Shown here: piece after piece, positions 32,595-43,130 of the stretch | Layout: every line of letters starts with the position of its first letter | Position numbering within the stretch: position 1 is the first letter of the stretch | Assembly (NCBI GenBank): GCA_944391345.1 | Contig: CALXTE010000008.1 | Location: forward strand, 2,374 to 66,373 | Origin: an uncultured Alphaproteobacteria bacterium | Lineage (GTDB): Bacteria > Pseudomonadota > Alphaproteobacteria > RF32 > CAG-239 | Direction of reading: 5' to 3' | Length of the DNA: 64,000 nt | Notes under the pieces: generated by a model | The model's input: only the letters and a program-made list of their open reading frames with translations | Told to the model about the DNA's origin: nothing | The model's database searches: none | Made by a program: the position numbers and the translations under genes

Positions 32595-33068
32595 TTATTT
32601 ATTTAAGACCTCAAGAATTTGTGTGGTGATGTCATCACCGCCATACATAACGGCGCCTTTGACCATAACGGCGCTGTAGCCCTGAGACTTGGCTTCATCG
32701 GCAATCAACTGACGAATCCGAGAATCAAGAGCCTGAAGCTTTTGGTTATATTCAGTTTGAATGGCGGTTTGTTTTTCTGTCAGTTCTTTTTCAAACTTTT
32801 TGGTCATTTCCTCTTTCTTTTGCTCATTGGGCTGTTTTTTTATTTCTTCCTGAGCTTTTACCAACCACTGTTGCAATTCAATAGACTTGGTCTGTTGTTC
32901 TTCTTGAAGTGCTTGAAGTTCTTTGGCCTGACTGCCGATAGTCGGGAGGTCAATGATGGCAACGTTTCCGGTTGGAAAAAGGCTCTTAAGTGCATAGCCG
33001 GCGATAAAAGCAACGATTATGATTGCAACGGCGGCAAGATGTGATTTGTTGTATTCAATTTTTTTCAT
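32595..33068 (-). CDS. OmpH/Skp-family periplasmic chaperone
   Basis: VAIID, long helical coil, GGDDITTQIL end. Confidence 0.85.
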   Translation of the reverse strand: MKKIEYNKSHLAAVAIIIVAFIAGYALKSLFPTGNVAIIDLPTIGSQAKELQALQEEQQTKSIELQQWLVKAQEEIKKQPNEQKKEEMTKKFEKELTEKQTAIQTEYNQKLQALDSRIRQLIADEAKSQGYSAVMVKGAVMYGGDDITTQILEVLNK

Positions 33069-33155
33069 GGTTATCTCCTTTTGTAATTTCGTGTTGAAAT
33101 TGGTTTTATTCTAGTCTGATTTATGCAAATTGCAAATTTTATTTTCTGAGCCTGT

Positions 33156-33599
33156 TTATCTTACGGGGTTATCCACACCAAAGACGCGCTCTCTTTCTTG
33201 TTCAAGTTCGGGGTGAGACTTGTAAACGTCCATATCTCCTTTTTGGGCAGCCAATGTGTATAGTTTTATTTTGAAGTTTATTTTTTCCATATATTTATCC
33301 AGAAGCTGCATTTGGACTTTTAGCTTTTCTTTTTGTTCCTGAAACATTTGCAGGCGCTGGTTGATGGTGGTGTTGCCGGCGTTGAGCCATGCTAGATATT
33401 GTTTGATGTTTTTTAGGCTCATGCCGGTTCCTTTAAGGCATTCTATCATTTGCAGCCAACTTATGTCGTCTTGCGAAAAAACTCTTAATCCGGCAGAATT
33501 TTTGCGGATATTCGGTAATAATCCTTCTTTTTCGTAAAAGCGAAGGGTGTAAGGGCTGAGGCCGCTTTTTTTTGCTGCTTGTCCGATTGTGTATCCCAT
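33156..33599 (-). CDS. MerR-family regulator (AdhR/NmlR-like)
   Basis: YTIGQAA..TLRFYEKEGL; conserved ECLKGTGM cysteine. Confidence 0.93.
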   Translation of the reverse strand: MGYTIGQAAKKSGLSPYTLRFYEKEGLLPNIRKNSAGLRVFSQDDISWLQMIECLKGTGMSLKNIKQYLAWLNAGNTTINQRLQMFQEQKEKLKVQMQLLDKYMEKINFKIKLYTLAAQKGDMDVYKSHPELEQERERVFGVDNPVR

Positions 33600-33658
33600 G
33601 TTGTTCTCCTTTTTTTATAAAGCGTAATGAGATGCGTTAATATTGTCAATAAAAAAGC

Positions 33659-33689
33659 TTGACTTAGACTTAACTCTAAATGCTATTTT
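33659..33689 (+). promoter_or_regulatory. MerR-type promoter/operator
   Basis: TTGACT-19 bp-TATTTT with dyad TTAGAcTTAACTCTAA in the spacer. Confidence 0.8.
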
Positions 33690-33719
33690 TATTTTGTTTA
33701 TTTTTTATGGAGGTTTTAG

Positions 33720-34259
33720 ATGAGTAAAAAAGTTTTGGTTGTGTCTTCTAGTTTTCGTCGGCACGGAAATTCGGATTTGTTATGTGATGAATTTGTCCGT
33801 GGTGCGCAAGAGGCCGGAAATGTGGTTGAGAAAATCTTTTTGAAAGATTATAAAATTAATTTTTGTTTGGGCTGCGGGGTTTGTAACTCGACTCATAAAT
33901 GTGTGCAGAAAGATGATATGGAAGCCCTTATTGCAAAAATGTTGGAAGCTGATGTGATTGTTTTGGCAACGCCGGTTTATTTTTATGCGATGAGCGGGCA
34001 GATGAAAACCTTTATTGACAGAACAGTTCCCCGTTATGAAGAAATATCGGGAAAAGATTTTTATTTTATTCTTTCCGCTGCCGATACTAACAAGGAAAAT
34101 ATGGCACGCGTGATTGAAGGCTTTCGCGGTTATACGGAAGATTGTTTAGCCGGTGCTAAAGAGAAGGGCATTATTTATGGTGTTGGAGCATGGCAAGCAG
34201 GTGAGATTAAGTCTTCTCCGGTTATGGAAGAAGCTTATCAGATGGGAAAGAGTGTTTAA
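33720..34259 (+). CDS. Iron-sulfur flavoprotein / NADPH-dependent FMN reductase
   Basis: SSFRRHGNS, CLGCGVC..C, ATPVYF, KTFIDR. Confidence 0.92.
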   Translation: MSKKVLVVSSSFRRHGNSDLLCDEFVRGAQEAGNVVEKIFLKDYKINFCLGCGVCNSTHKCVQKDDMEALIAKMLEADVIVLATPVYFYAMSGQMKTFIDRTVPRYEEISGKDFYFILSAADTNKENMARVIEGFRGYTEDCLAGAKEKGIIYGVGAWQAGEIKSSPVMEEAYQMGKSV

Positions 34260-34275
34260 TCCTATTTGAGCGCTT

Positions 34276-34818
34276 TTATTCTTGCAAAAGCTGGTTTAAT
34301 TTTTTTATGCGCTGTTTCATGGCGCGGCGGGCAAAATACGGCACAAATTTTTCAAGTCCCAGATAGGTCCAGGGCTTGTAGCGGCGGTAGCTTTTCATGT
34401 CTATAAATTTGAGCTGTGTTTTGCCGGCAAGTTTTTGAATAACAAAATTTTGTAAATTAAAGTCATAAAAAAAGATGTCATTATCAATAAGTCTTTGGCA
34501 AAAGTCATCTATTTGGGCTTTTATCTCCGGTGTTTTGGTGCAATGCGCAAGCGGTTTGGAGATTGTGAGGTCCGAATCGCGCAGAAGTTCCGTGACCATA
34601 CCGATGCCTTTGTCGGTTTCTACAAGCTGTTCTTCATAGCGGCAGAGGTATGGCGATAAGGTGTCTTTGAGCTTTTTATAGAGATTTATTTCATCGGTAA
34701 AAGATTTTTTTGCGTTACCTTGTTTTAGAAAAACTTTTATGCAGAGGCGCTGGTTTTGTGGGTGTTCATAGCAGGCGCGCACCGCCCCGTAGCCAATCAT
34801 TTTATTTAATTTTATCAT
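34276..34818 (-). CDS. YrbL-family kinase-like protein
   Basis: GYGAVRACYEHP..LCIKV, VETDKGIG, DFNLQN, KFID. Confidence 0.8.
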   Translation of the reverse strand: MIKLNKMIGYGAVRACYEHPQNQRLCIKVFLKQGNAKKSFTDEINLYKKLKDTLSPYLCRYEEQLVETDKGIGMVTELLRDSDLTISKPLAHCTKTPEIKAQIDDFCQRLIDNDIFFYDFNLQNFVIQKLAGKTQLKFIDMKSYRRYKPWTYLGLEKFVPYFARRAMKQRIKKLNQLLQE

Positions 34819-35016
34819 ATTTATTTTTTTATCTCTTTTTACACAAATCTTCTTGATTATAATATATTTTTTTTAATTCGCAAGCTTTATTCGGGTGCTA
34901 AAAATAGGAAACTATTACTATTGTCTAGGTTTTATTTCCTAAAGTTTTGGTGTAATAGTATTTGTGATAGGCGTTCCTATCGTGTGTGTGTATTAAATTA
35001 TGTGTGTAGGTTATAA

Positions 35017-35736
35017 ATGAATATTGTCAGTTGGAACTGCAATGGGGCATTCCGCGATAAATATAAATTTCTGGCAGCGTATCAGCCGGATGTGGCCGTT
35101 GTACCGGAAAGCGAAAGTCCCTGTTATCTTTCTAAAAATTCTAAAAATTTTCCTTCAGTGAGCCATGTTTGGAATGGGTTTTCCAGTTTTAGGGGGCTGA
35201 GTATTTTTACCTTTAACGGGTATCGGGCAAAAATTGCTGATTTTTATGATTCTCGCTTCAGCTTGGTTTTGCCGGTGATGATTTTTAATGCAAGCTCTTG
35301 TTTTTTGCTGGTGGCCGTATGGACCAAGTTTGTCGGCAAAATGAGGGAAAGCTATGTGGCGCAGGCTTATAATGCCGTGTGCTTTTATGAAAAGTTTTTT
35401 AATGATGATACACTTATTATGGGTGATTTTAACAGCAATAAAGTTTGGGATAATACCTGTGGACGGCGCGTCCATCATGATGCGCTTGTGCAAAAGTTGG
35501 AAGGTAAAAACTTCGGCAGTGTTTATCATGAGCTCAGGCAAGAGCCGCAAGGAGCGGAAACTCAGCCGACACAATATCAATATCGGCATAAGTCACGGCC
35601 GAATCATATTGACTATATGTTTATGAACAAAAAGAGGATGTGCGACATTAATGCTTTTTCTATCGGCAGCTATAATGACTGGCAGGAAAAAAGCGACCAT
35701 ATGCCGTTGTTTATGAATGTGAAAGACCGTTGTTAA
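35017..35736 (+). CDS. Endonuclease/exonuclease/phosphatase family protein
   Basis: SWNCN, VPE, MGDFNSN, HIDY, SDHMP. Confidence 0.92.
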   Translation: MNIVSWNCNGAFRDKYKFLAAYQPDVAVVPESESPCYLSKNSKNFPSVSHVWNGFSSFRGLSIFTFNGYRAKIADFYDSRFSLVLPVMIFNASSCFLLVAVWTKFVGKMRESYVAQAYNAVCFYEKFFNDDTLIMGDFNSNKVWDNTCGRRVHHDALVQKLEGKNFGSVYHELRQEPQGAETQPTQYQYRHKSRPNHIDYMFMNKKRMCDINAFSIGSYNDWQEKSDHMPLFMNVKDRC

Positions 35737-36494
35737 AGTTTTTGGTATTCTAAAAATACGGGGCGGCGGCCTTCACGAAGGGCTTTGCGCTGATATTTGG
35801 TTTCGACCCAATCTTGTGGCGGGTATTTCCAGTCATTGCCGCAGGTTGCCGTCCATTTGAACATTGGGCAAGCGTGCATTTGGCGCAGGGTCCAATCTTT
35901 GTAAACTTTGTGGTCGGTGGCTATTCTTAAAATGCCGCCGGTTTTTAAAATCCGTGCGATTTGGGCTAAATTATCGGGATTAACAAAGCGGCGAGAGGCG
36001 TGCTTCTTTTTGGGCCATGGGTCGGGGAAAAGCAAAAAGACCTTGTCTAAAAAATTGTCGGGCAGGGCGGAAAATAACAGTCTGATATCGTCTGAAAAAA
36101 CACGGATGTTATCGCTACGTCCTTGCTCAAGCCTGATTTCGTCAGGCAAGTCGTGTCCTTCTTTAATGCCGGTTATGAGGCTTAATAAATTAGCCACGCC
36201 GTTTTGAAAAACTTCTGCGCCGATAAAGCCAATATGCGGATTGCGGCGGGCTTGTTCGGCCAAATGTTCGCCGTTGCCAAAGCCGATTTCAAGATAAACT
36301 TTTTCAACCTTTGTTCCGAAAAGTGTGTCTTTGTTCCAGTCTGTTGATTGGGAAATTTGAATTTTAGGCAAAAACTTTTCCAGCAGGGTGGTCTTAGCCT
36401 TGCGAATCGTACGGCCTTTGCGGCGGCCGAAAAACTTCGGCGTTGTGGTGTTATTTGGTTCGTTATTTTCTGGGGGCGTCATTATTATCCTCAT
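35733..36494 (-). CDS. trmB: tRNA (guanine-N7)-methyltransferase
   Basis: LEIGFGNGEH, FPDPWPKKKH, ATDH, TKYQRK. Confidence 0.97.
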   Translation of the reverse strand: MRIIMTPPENNEPNNTTTPKFFGRRKGRTIRKAKTTLLEKFLPKIQISQSTDWNKDTLFGTKVEKVYLEIGFGNGEHLAEQARRNPHIGFIGAEVFQNGVANLLSLITGIKEGHDLPDEIRLEQGRSDNIRVFSDDIRLLFSALPDNFLDKVFLLFPDPWPKKKHASRRFVNPDNLAQIARILKTGGILRIATDHKVYKDWTLRQMHACPMFKWTATCGNDWKYPPQDWVETKYQRKALREGRRPVFLEYQKL

Positions 36495-36712
36495 GATTTT
36501 GTTCTTTGTTGTTTTGTAGTATAGCTCCTTGAAACTGTCAAGGATTATTGCTTGTTTCTGTAAAATTGTCGTTAATTGACAAAAATATTATTGCATTAAG
36601 CTCGAATCTGTGGTATATTCTTTAGCTGAGAGATATTATTAATTTTTATTATAAACCGAGGAGGCTTAGGATCCACGCACCTCATTAAAAATTGCGAAAG
36701 TTACATAAAATT

Positions 36713-38527
36713 ATGGGAATCTATTTGTTGGTTTCTATCTTATTCACGCTGCTTTATGCGGCCGGTTGCTGTTTCAATATCTGGTATGGCTTGAGAAAAG
36801 CCGGATATGAAGGTGAGGAAAAAACGAAAAAAACAAACCGTTCTCACTTTATCTTGGCATTCTTGATGGTGGGCGTGTTTTTGTTCTTTTTTGTGTTAAA
36901 CTACTTCATGCAGCCGGTGTTGAGCTTTTCAACAATCGGGCTTTATATTGAGCTTTTTATTCTTCTTGCTTTAATTGCAATGTCATTTTGTACTCGTGAG
37001 CAAAAAGATTGGCGGAAAGATGCGGTTTTTGTTCCGCATTTTGCAATAGCAACAGGTGCTTTTCTTGTCTGCTTAATGATATGCGGTATTGCCAGCTGGG
37101 ACTGTTTCCATGCTAAGAAAAAACGCGAGATGTTGAAGGTCGAACAAGTTTCGGACAGTCTGCTGAACAAGATTATTTCGCCGATTTCGGTTGAGAAAAT
37201 GGCCGTGGTTTCGCCGCAGGTTGCTCAACGTGCCATTTCTATCAAAATGGGTGATTTGAAAAATACCTATGAGATTAAAGAAATGACCAAGCAAAGCTTT
37301 AGCGGTGATTTTGAAGCCACGTTGTTTGACGGCTCTAAGGTGAGAATCGCTTATGAAAACCATCTGGTTTATATCGGCGTTTTAGAACATAAGAGCTATT
37401 GGACATGGAAGAAAACAAAGTCGAGCCCGGGGTATGCCCTTGTGGATTGCAGTGACGAAAATAAAGTGTATTTGATTAAAGAAGTAAACGGTCAGCCGTT
37501 AAGTATTAAATACACGAATGCTTCTAATTGGGACTACAATTTGGAGCGTCATCTGCGCAATAATGGTTATGCCAGTGAAATCTTAGAAGATTTGAATATC
37601 GAGCTTGATGAGAACGGGCGTCCGTTCTGTCCGGCTACGATTCTGAAAAACACGATTATTTTTGGTACGCCCAAAGTTATCGGTGTGGCCGTGGTTGATG
37701 TTCAGACCGGAGAGATTAAGCGCTATGGGGTTGATGATGCGCCCGCTTTCGTAAACATGGTTTATCCCGAAGACCTCGTCTATGACCTGCTGTATTGGTG
37801 GGGCGACTACAAAAACGGATATTGGCATTGGTCGGACAAAACCGGTTTGTTGAACCCTTGCGACGGTATGGATGTGGTGCAGACCGAAGACGGTTGCTAC
37901 TACTATGTCGGCATGAAAGGGCTGTCGGATAACACAACAACGCTTGGTTATGCCTTGGTTAATACTCGAACCGGAGAGGCTATGTATTTCGAGCGTGACG
38001 GTATCAGCGAAGCCGAAGCTATACGCGTGTTGGAGGCTAACACAGATCTTAATCTTGAAATGAATCAAGGTGTTTTGTCGTTGACCGAGCCGGTATTCTA
38101 CAACATCGAAGGTCTTAAAACCTATTTCGCAACCTATGTCAGTACGCGGGACTATACCATAAAATATTATGGTTTTTGTTCTACGGAAGACAAATCGGTT
38201 TGGGGTTATGGCAAAACATTGGAGCAGGCTAAAGCCTCTTATTTATCCGCATATTATAAAAACAAGGCGGTTAATCCCAATGCTTTGGTGACCTCTGATG
38301 AGCAGAAAATGGTGACGATAGAAGCTGACGTTTTGGAGATTGCTCAGGAAGGAACAGCCTATTATTTCAGGCTTAAAGGATATGAGGGCAAAACCTTTTA
38401 TTCTTATTCCGAGACTCATCCTAATATTCGTTGGAAAGCCAAAAAAGTGCGTATCAGTTATAATCCGACTGATGCGGATTTGATTTCCATGGAAAAATAT
38501 GACGTTCTGCAATATGAGCGTCAGTAG
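36713..38527 (+). CDS. Hypothetical membrane protein with a large extracytoplasmic domain
   Basis: About four N-terminal TM helices then a ~470-aa beta-rich domain; own terminator. Confidence 0.8.
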   Translation: MGIYLLVSILFTLLYAAGCCFNIWYGLRKAGYEGEEKTKKTNRSHFILAFLMVGVFLFFFVLNYFMQPVLSFSTIGLYIELFILLALIAMSFCTREQKDWRKDAVFVPHFAIATGAFLVCLMICGIASWDCFHAKKKREMLKVEQVSDSLLNKIISPISVEKMAVVSPQVAQRAISIKMGDLKNTYEIKEMTKQSFSGDFEATLFDGSKVRIAYENHLVYIGVLEHKSYWTWKKTKSSPGYALVDCSDENKVYLIKEVNGQPLSIKYTNASNWDYNLERHLRNNGYASEILEDLNIELDENGRPFCPATILKNTIIFGTPKVIGVAVVDVQTGEIKRYGVDDAPAFVNMVYPEDLVYDLLYWWGDYKNGYWHWSDKTGLLNPCDGMDVVQTEDGCYYYVGMKGLSDNTTTLGYALVNTRTGEAMYFERDGISEAEAIRVLEANTDLNLEMNQGVLSLTEPVFYNIEGLKTYFATYVSTRDYTIKYYGFCSTEDKSVWGYGKTLEQAKASYLSAYYKNKAVNPNALVTSDEQKMVTIEADVLEIAQEGTAYYFRLKGYEGKTFYSYSETHPNIRWKAKKVRISYNPTDADLISMEKYDVLQYERQ

Positions 38528-38530
38528 CTA

Positions 38531-38570
38531 GAAAAAAACCTCTGAACATTTTTTGTTCAGAGGTTTTTTT
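38531..38570. terminator. Bidirectional intrinsic terminator
   Basis: aaaaaaacctctgaaca-ttttt-tgttcagaggttttttt. Confidence 0.85.
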
Positions 38571-38582
38571 GTGCCTTAAAGA

Positions 38583-39086
38583 TTATTTTTTATCTTCTTG
38601 ATTGGCATTTTTATCAACGGTTTTTGACATTGCTATAATCAAGTCAAAAAGATGTTTAGCTGCGGTGCGGTTCGGAATTTTATAATAAGCTCTGACAAGC
38701 TCAATCGTTTCTTTTCTTTGCATCGGGTCATCGTTGAATTTTGGTTGTTCTTCCTGCAGATAATCAATTTTTTCTTCAGGAATGCTGAACATGCGTGGGC
38801 TTTGTTTGGCGACATCGCTGTCCATATCTTCATAGAAAAATTCGATAGGAACTTCCAAAACTTTACCAATATCCCACAAGCGGCTGGCTCCGACACGGTT
38901 CATGCCGCGCTCGTATTTTTGAACTTGTTGGAAGGTTAAGCCGAGCATTGCCGCAAGCTTTTCTTGGCTCAGACCGAGAAGTGTACGGCGGAGGCGAATC
39001 CTGTTCCCGACGTGCACATCTATCGGGTTGGGCTGCCCATTAGGGGTTCTGCCGCGACTCGATTTGCGTGTTTTCTTTATTTCCAT
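38583..39086 (-). CDS. XRE-family regulator (lnt-linked alphaproteobacterial type)
   Basis: PNPIDVHVGNRIRLRR..GLTFQQVQKYERGMNRV. Confidence 0.93.
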   Translation of the reverse strand: MEIKKTRKSSRGRTPNGQPNPIDVHVGNRIRLRRTLLGLSQEKLAAMLGLTFQQVQKYERGMNRVGASRLWDIGKVLEVPIEFFYEDMDSDVAKQSPRMFSIPEEKIDYLQEEQPKFNDDPMQRKETIELVRAYYKIPNRTAAKHLFDLIIAMSKTVDKNANQEDKK

Positions 39087-39195
39087 GGCATTTTCCTTAT
39101 TTGTTGTTGTTACCCTACAAAATAGGATTTTAAACACTTATCGTCAACTAATATTTTTTACAATTTTTATTACTTTTGGTATTAAAACTATCAGT

Positions 39196-40734
39196 TTACT
39201 TCTTATTTTTTGAAATTTTGGTTATATTACTATTTTTTAGTGTTGCAACCAAAAGTATTATAATTATTAGGCTTATGGGTATCAGGTTGCCAAATCGGGC
39301 GTATAAAGTTTGTTCTTCTAATTTTTTGGGCAAGGTAAGGTCGAGGTTTCCTTTTTGGTTTAATGCCAGTCGGGCTAATATTTTTCCTTGATAATTGATG
39401 AAGGCACTGATGCCGGAGTTTGCGGCTCTTATGATAGAGATTCCTTCCTCAATGGCTCTCATTTGGGTGGCAACAAGGTGTTGTCTGGGGCCGGCACTGT
39501 CACCATACCAGCCGTCGTTTGTTAGGTTTAGCAAAAGCTGGGGACGATTGTTTTGGTCGATAATTTGGTGCGGAAAGATAATCTCGTAGCATATGGCAAC
39601 GCCAAAGCTTGGAAAATTTGGTATGTTTAGCGTTTTGGCACCGTCGCCGGCAATGAAGTCAGAGATGACATTGGTTACAGGGCGCAGGCTTGCGGGCAGG
39701 TATTTTCGAAAGGGAATGTATTCGCCAAACGGGACAAGGTGCGATTTATCATATGCGGCGATGATGTTGCCTTGGTTATTAATCAGCAACATTGAGTTTT
39801 GTGGGCGGCGGCGGCCGTCTTGTATTTTAAAACGCAGGCTGCCGGCAGCAAGAAGTGTTTGGTCGGACAATATGTCGGCAATCATTTGCCGATGTTTGTC
39901 AGAGAATTCTAACGGAAATGGGCTGGCAGTTTCTCCCCAGATAATGAGGTCTAAGTCTTGGGTGCCGTTCTGAGCGGAAAGATTGAGATATTCCTGAAAG
40001 TTGTTTTCAAGAGAAGCACTGTTCCATTTCAGGCTTTGCGGAATGGAGGGCTGGACTATCCTTATTTTATAGTCAGAAGGCAAAATCGGTGAATTGTGAA
40101 GGCGGATTATTCCGAAAATATATAAAATTACAAGCGGAAATATCATCAGGCAGGCGGCGCTCATAAGGTTCTTTTTGCTTTTTTCTTTTAGCCATATGGC
40201 CGGAGCGGCGGCTGATAGCAGAACACATAAGCTTAGGCCATAGGTGCCAAAGACAGAAGCGCCTTGCAAAAGCTTTAAGTCAAAGCTGAGCGTGGTGCCT
40301 AATAAATTCCACGGAAAGCCGGTTAGAATAAAGCTTCTTATCCATTCAAGCAAAGTCCAGCCGGCGGCAAAGCTTAAGTATTTTGCGAAAAAGTCTTTGA
40401 AGGCAAAAGTCATTATTGCGGGTGCGGCCGTAAATAGTCCAAAAAATGCTCCCGAGGCAAGGAAGGCAACCGGATAAAGCCAGCCCAGCGTTTGGACATC
40501 TATCAGCAAGGCATTGCCAATCCAGCTTAAGCCAAAAGAAAAAAATCCAAAGCCAAACCAATAGCCTGATGAAAAGGCTTCGCTCAATTTTTGAGCTCGT
40601 CCGAGAAAAAGCATCAGTCCGCTGAAGCTGATAAACAGAATCGGAAAAAAATTATATGGCGGAAGTGCCGCAACGGCGGCCGCTCCCAGCAAAAAGCAGG
40701 TTATTTTGCGGTGTGCTATTGCCCAGAGGCGCAT
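39196..40734 (-). CDS. lnt: Apolipoprotein N-acyltransferase
   Basis: TGFPWN, WGE, KSHLVPFGE, ICYE, TNDGW. Confidence 0.97.
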   Translation of the reverse strand: MRLWAIAHRKITCFLLGAAAVAALPPYNFFPILFISFSGLMLFLGRAQKLSEAFSSGYWFGFGFFSFGLSWIGNALLIDVQTLGWLYPVAFLASGAFFGLFTAAPAIMTFAFKDFFAKYLSFAAGWTLLEWIRSFILTGFPWNLLGTTLSFDLKLLQGASVFGTYGLSLCVLLSAAAPAIWLKEKSKKNLMSAACLMIFPLVILYIFGIIRLHNSPILPSDYKIRIVQPSIPQSLKWNSASLENNFQEYLNLSAQNGTQDLDLIIWGETASPFPLEFSDKHRQMIADILSDQTLLAAGSLRFKIQDGRRRPQNSMLLINNQGNIIAAYDKSHLVPFGEYIPFRKYLPASLRPVTNVISDFIAGDGAKTLNIPNFPSFGVAICYEIIFPHQIIDQNNRPQLLLNLTNDGWYGDSAGPRQHLVATQMRAIEEGISIIRAANSGISAFINYQGKILARLALNQKGNLDLTLPKKLEEQTLYARFGNLIPISLIIIILLVATLKNSNITKISKNKK

Positions 40735-41648
40735 GGAGCGGCTTCCTTTTCAAGCTTTTCTATTTCGGCAACGGCTTCGGGCAGAAGTATCATCACTTTT
40801 TTGATGCGTCTGGGGTCAACCTCAACGATACGGAATTTTATGCCTTGTTTCCAATCAATGATTTCTCCTCGGTTCGGAATTCTTTGTGCCGTGTGGAATA
40901 CAAGTCCGCCCAATGTATCAATTACATCGGTTATCTCGCTGTCTTCTTTTATTTTTTCAAGGTCGAGGCCGGTTTGTTCTTTAATCTCTGAAAGTTCGGC
41001 TCGGGCGTCGGCAATGATAACACCGTTTTGAACCTGTATGCCGTGTTGTTCCTCTAAGTCATATTCGTCTTCAATATTACCGACAATTTCTTCCAACAAA
41101 TCTTCAATCGTGACAATGCCGTCAACGCCGCCATATTCATCAATCACAACGGCCATGTGGACCTTATCAGCCTGCATTTCACGCAAAAGATCAAGTACGC
41201 CGATTTCCGGTGAAACAAATTTTACCGGATTGTTGATTATCTCTTTTACTTTGACATTATTTTGGCCTTTGATTAAGCACAGGGCTAGGTCAATGATGTG
41301 GAGTATGCCGACAATGTCATCCATCGAATCGCCGTAAATCGGTATTCTTGAGTGACCTTTTTCTACCATGAGTTTGGCCAAATCAGACACCAGTCCGTCT
41401 TGGTGAAAGGCGACAATTTCGGCTCTCGGAACCATGACGTGGCAGCATTTTTTGTCTTTTAGATAAAGAACGTTATTTAACAAAAGTTGTTCGTGTTCGG
41501 TAAAAGAGTCGTCTGCACTTTCGGCTCCTTCTTCGATTAATTCTTCAATCGTTTCTCGAACATTTTCGTTTTGCTGTTTTCGCTGGAAAAAATGTTTCAG
41601 CGATGGCAAAAAGCCTTTGTTTGTGTTTTCTTGCGACTCATCAGTCAT
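40716..41648 (-). CDS. corC: CBS/CorC (YbeX) family protein
   Basis: MVPR, HSRIP, VIDEYGG, EDLLEEIVG. Confidence 0.9.
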   Translation of the reverse strand: MTDESQENTNKGFLPSLKHFFQRKQQNENVRETIEELIEEGAESADDSFTEHEQLLLNNVLYLKDKKCCHVMVPRAEIVAFHQDGLVSDLAKLMVEKGHSRIPIYGDSMDDIVGILHIIDLALCLIKGQNNVKVKEIINNPVKFVSPEIGVLDLLREMQADKVHMAVVIDEYGGVDGIVTIEDLLEEIVGNIEDEYDLEEQHGIQVQNGVIIADARAELSEIKEQTGLDLEKIKEDSEITDVIDTLGGLVFHTAQRIPNRGEIIDWKQGIKFRIVEVDPRRIKKVMILLPEAVAEIEKLEKEAAPCASGQ

Positions 41649-41657
41649 ATCTTTAAG

Positions 41658-42176
41658 TTACTCCGTATAGGGGTTGCTAATGTTTAGTTTTTCTAAAATC
41701 TTGATTTCGTGGCCTTCCATGATGTCGGCTTCTTCATCGGTTTGGTGGTCATAGCCCAAAAGATGAAGAAGTCCATGTACCAGCAAGTGGAGATAGTGTG
41801 CGTTCAAAGAAATGTTTTTTTCTTCGGCCTCGCGTTTCATGGTTTCGTAAGCAACGATAATGTCTCCCAGCTCAATCTCATCAAAGAGGGTGCTGTCTTG
41901 CTCAAAGTCGGGATCATCAAGATTGGCAAAAGAGAGGACATTGGTTGGTTTGTCCATGCCGCGGTAGTCTTTGTTGAGTTGATGAACCGTTTCATCATTG
42001 CTGAGGGTCAGGTTTATGATAATCGGTTTATTGGTTTGAGACAAATAAGCGGGGATTTGCTCTTGAAGATAGTCAAAAGCTACTGCTGCCGCTTGTTTAC
42101 TGAGCGGGTCAATGTCTTTGACCGAATCTGCCCAGCGGTTGTCCTCAATATTGATAAAAAGCTCCGGACTATTCAT
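41658..42176 (-). CDS. ybeY: rRNA maturation RNase YbeY
   Basis: YRGMDKPTNVLSF, HGLLHLLGYDH (start could be 42200). Confidence 0.96.
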   Translation of the reverse strand: MNSPELFINIEDNRWADSVKDIDPLSKQAAAVAFDYLQEQIPAYLSQTNKPIIINLTLSNDETVHQLNKDYRGMDKPTNVLSFANLDDPDFEQDSTLFDEIELGDIIVAYETMKREAEEKNISLNAHYLHLLVHGLLHLLGYDHQTDEEADIMEGHEIKILEKLNISNPYTE

Positions 42177-43128
42177 CTCTTTGTTTACTCTTTTCTTCAT
42201 AAGCTTTTACAATCTTGGCAACCAGACCGTGACGGACGACATCGGCCGCGCTGAAAGTGACCGAGCCAATTCCGGGGACGTTTTTAAGGGTGTCGATGGC
42301 GTCTCTTAAGCCGGAAATCACACCGCGCGGCAAGTCAACCTGTGACAAGTCGCCATTGACGACCATGCGTGAGTTTTCACCCAGACGGGTTAAAAACATT
42401 TTCATCTGCATCGGGGTGGTGTTTTGGGCTTCATCCAAAATGACAAAAGCATTTGATAATGTGCGGCCGCGCATGAAAGCCAAAGGAGCAATTTCAATCT
42501 CGCCGATGGCCAGTTTTTTATCAACTTGTTCGGCCGGAAGCATTTCGTAAAGTGCATCATAAAGCGGGCGAAGATAAGGATCGACTTTGTCTTTTAAGTC
42601 TCCAGGGAGAAAGCCTAAGTTTTCTCCGGCTTCGACGGCCGGACGTGACAAGATAATCTTGTCAATTTTGCCTTCGAGCATCATGGATACGGCCAAAGCT
42701 ACGGCCAAATAGGTTTTACCGGTACCAGCAGGGCCTAAGCCGAAGACCATTTCATTTTTCATCATGGTTTGAATGTATTTGGCCTGAGTTGCCGAACGCG
42801 GATATATATGGCGCTTTTTGGTTTTTAAGACAATGTCGGCTAAAGAGACCTCGTCATCGCTTATTTCTGACGTGGTGTCGCTCATGCGGACGGCGGCTTT
42901 GACTTCTTGTTCGCCGACGGCAATGCCTTTTGATAGTTTATGGTGCAAAATTTCAAGCGCGGTTTTAGCTTGTTTGACCGCCTCATCGTTACCGCGAATG
43001 ATGATTTGATTGCCGAAAGAGGAAATTTCTACGCCCAGCAGGGTCTCGATGGTTCTGAGGTTGCTGTCTTGGGGACCGACCAGTTGTTGTACAAGTTGGT
43101 TGTTAAACAATTCGAATGTGTCTTCCAT
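42169..43128 (-). CDS. phoH: PhoH-family ATPase (YbeZ)
   Basis: GPAGTGKTYLA, LAFMRGRT, LDEAQN. Confidence 0.96.
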   Translation of the reverse strand: MEDTFELFNNQLVQQLVGPQDSNLRTIETLLGVEISSFGNQIIIRGNDEAVKQAKTALEILHHKLSKGIAVGEQEVKAAVRMSDTTSEISDDEVSLADIVLKTKKRHIYPRSATQAKYIQTMMKNEMVFGLGPAGTGKTYLAVALAVSMMLEGKIDKIILSRPAVEAGENLGFLPGDLKDKVDPYLRPLYDALYEMLPAEQVDKKLAIGEIEIAPLAFMRGRTLSNAFVILDEAQNTTPMQMKMFLTRLGENSRMVVNGDLSQVDLPRGVISGLRDAIDTLKNVPGIGSVTFSAADVVRHGLVAKIVKAYEEKSKQRDE

Positions 43129-43130
43129 GT

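Noticed and set aside
34981-35010. (GT)n runs before the EEP gene and the cold-shock gene (~10083-10117)
   Set aside because: Too short to support phase variation
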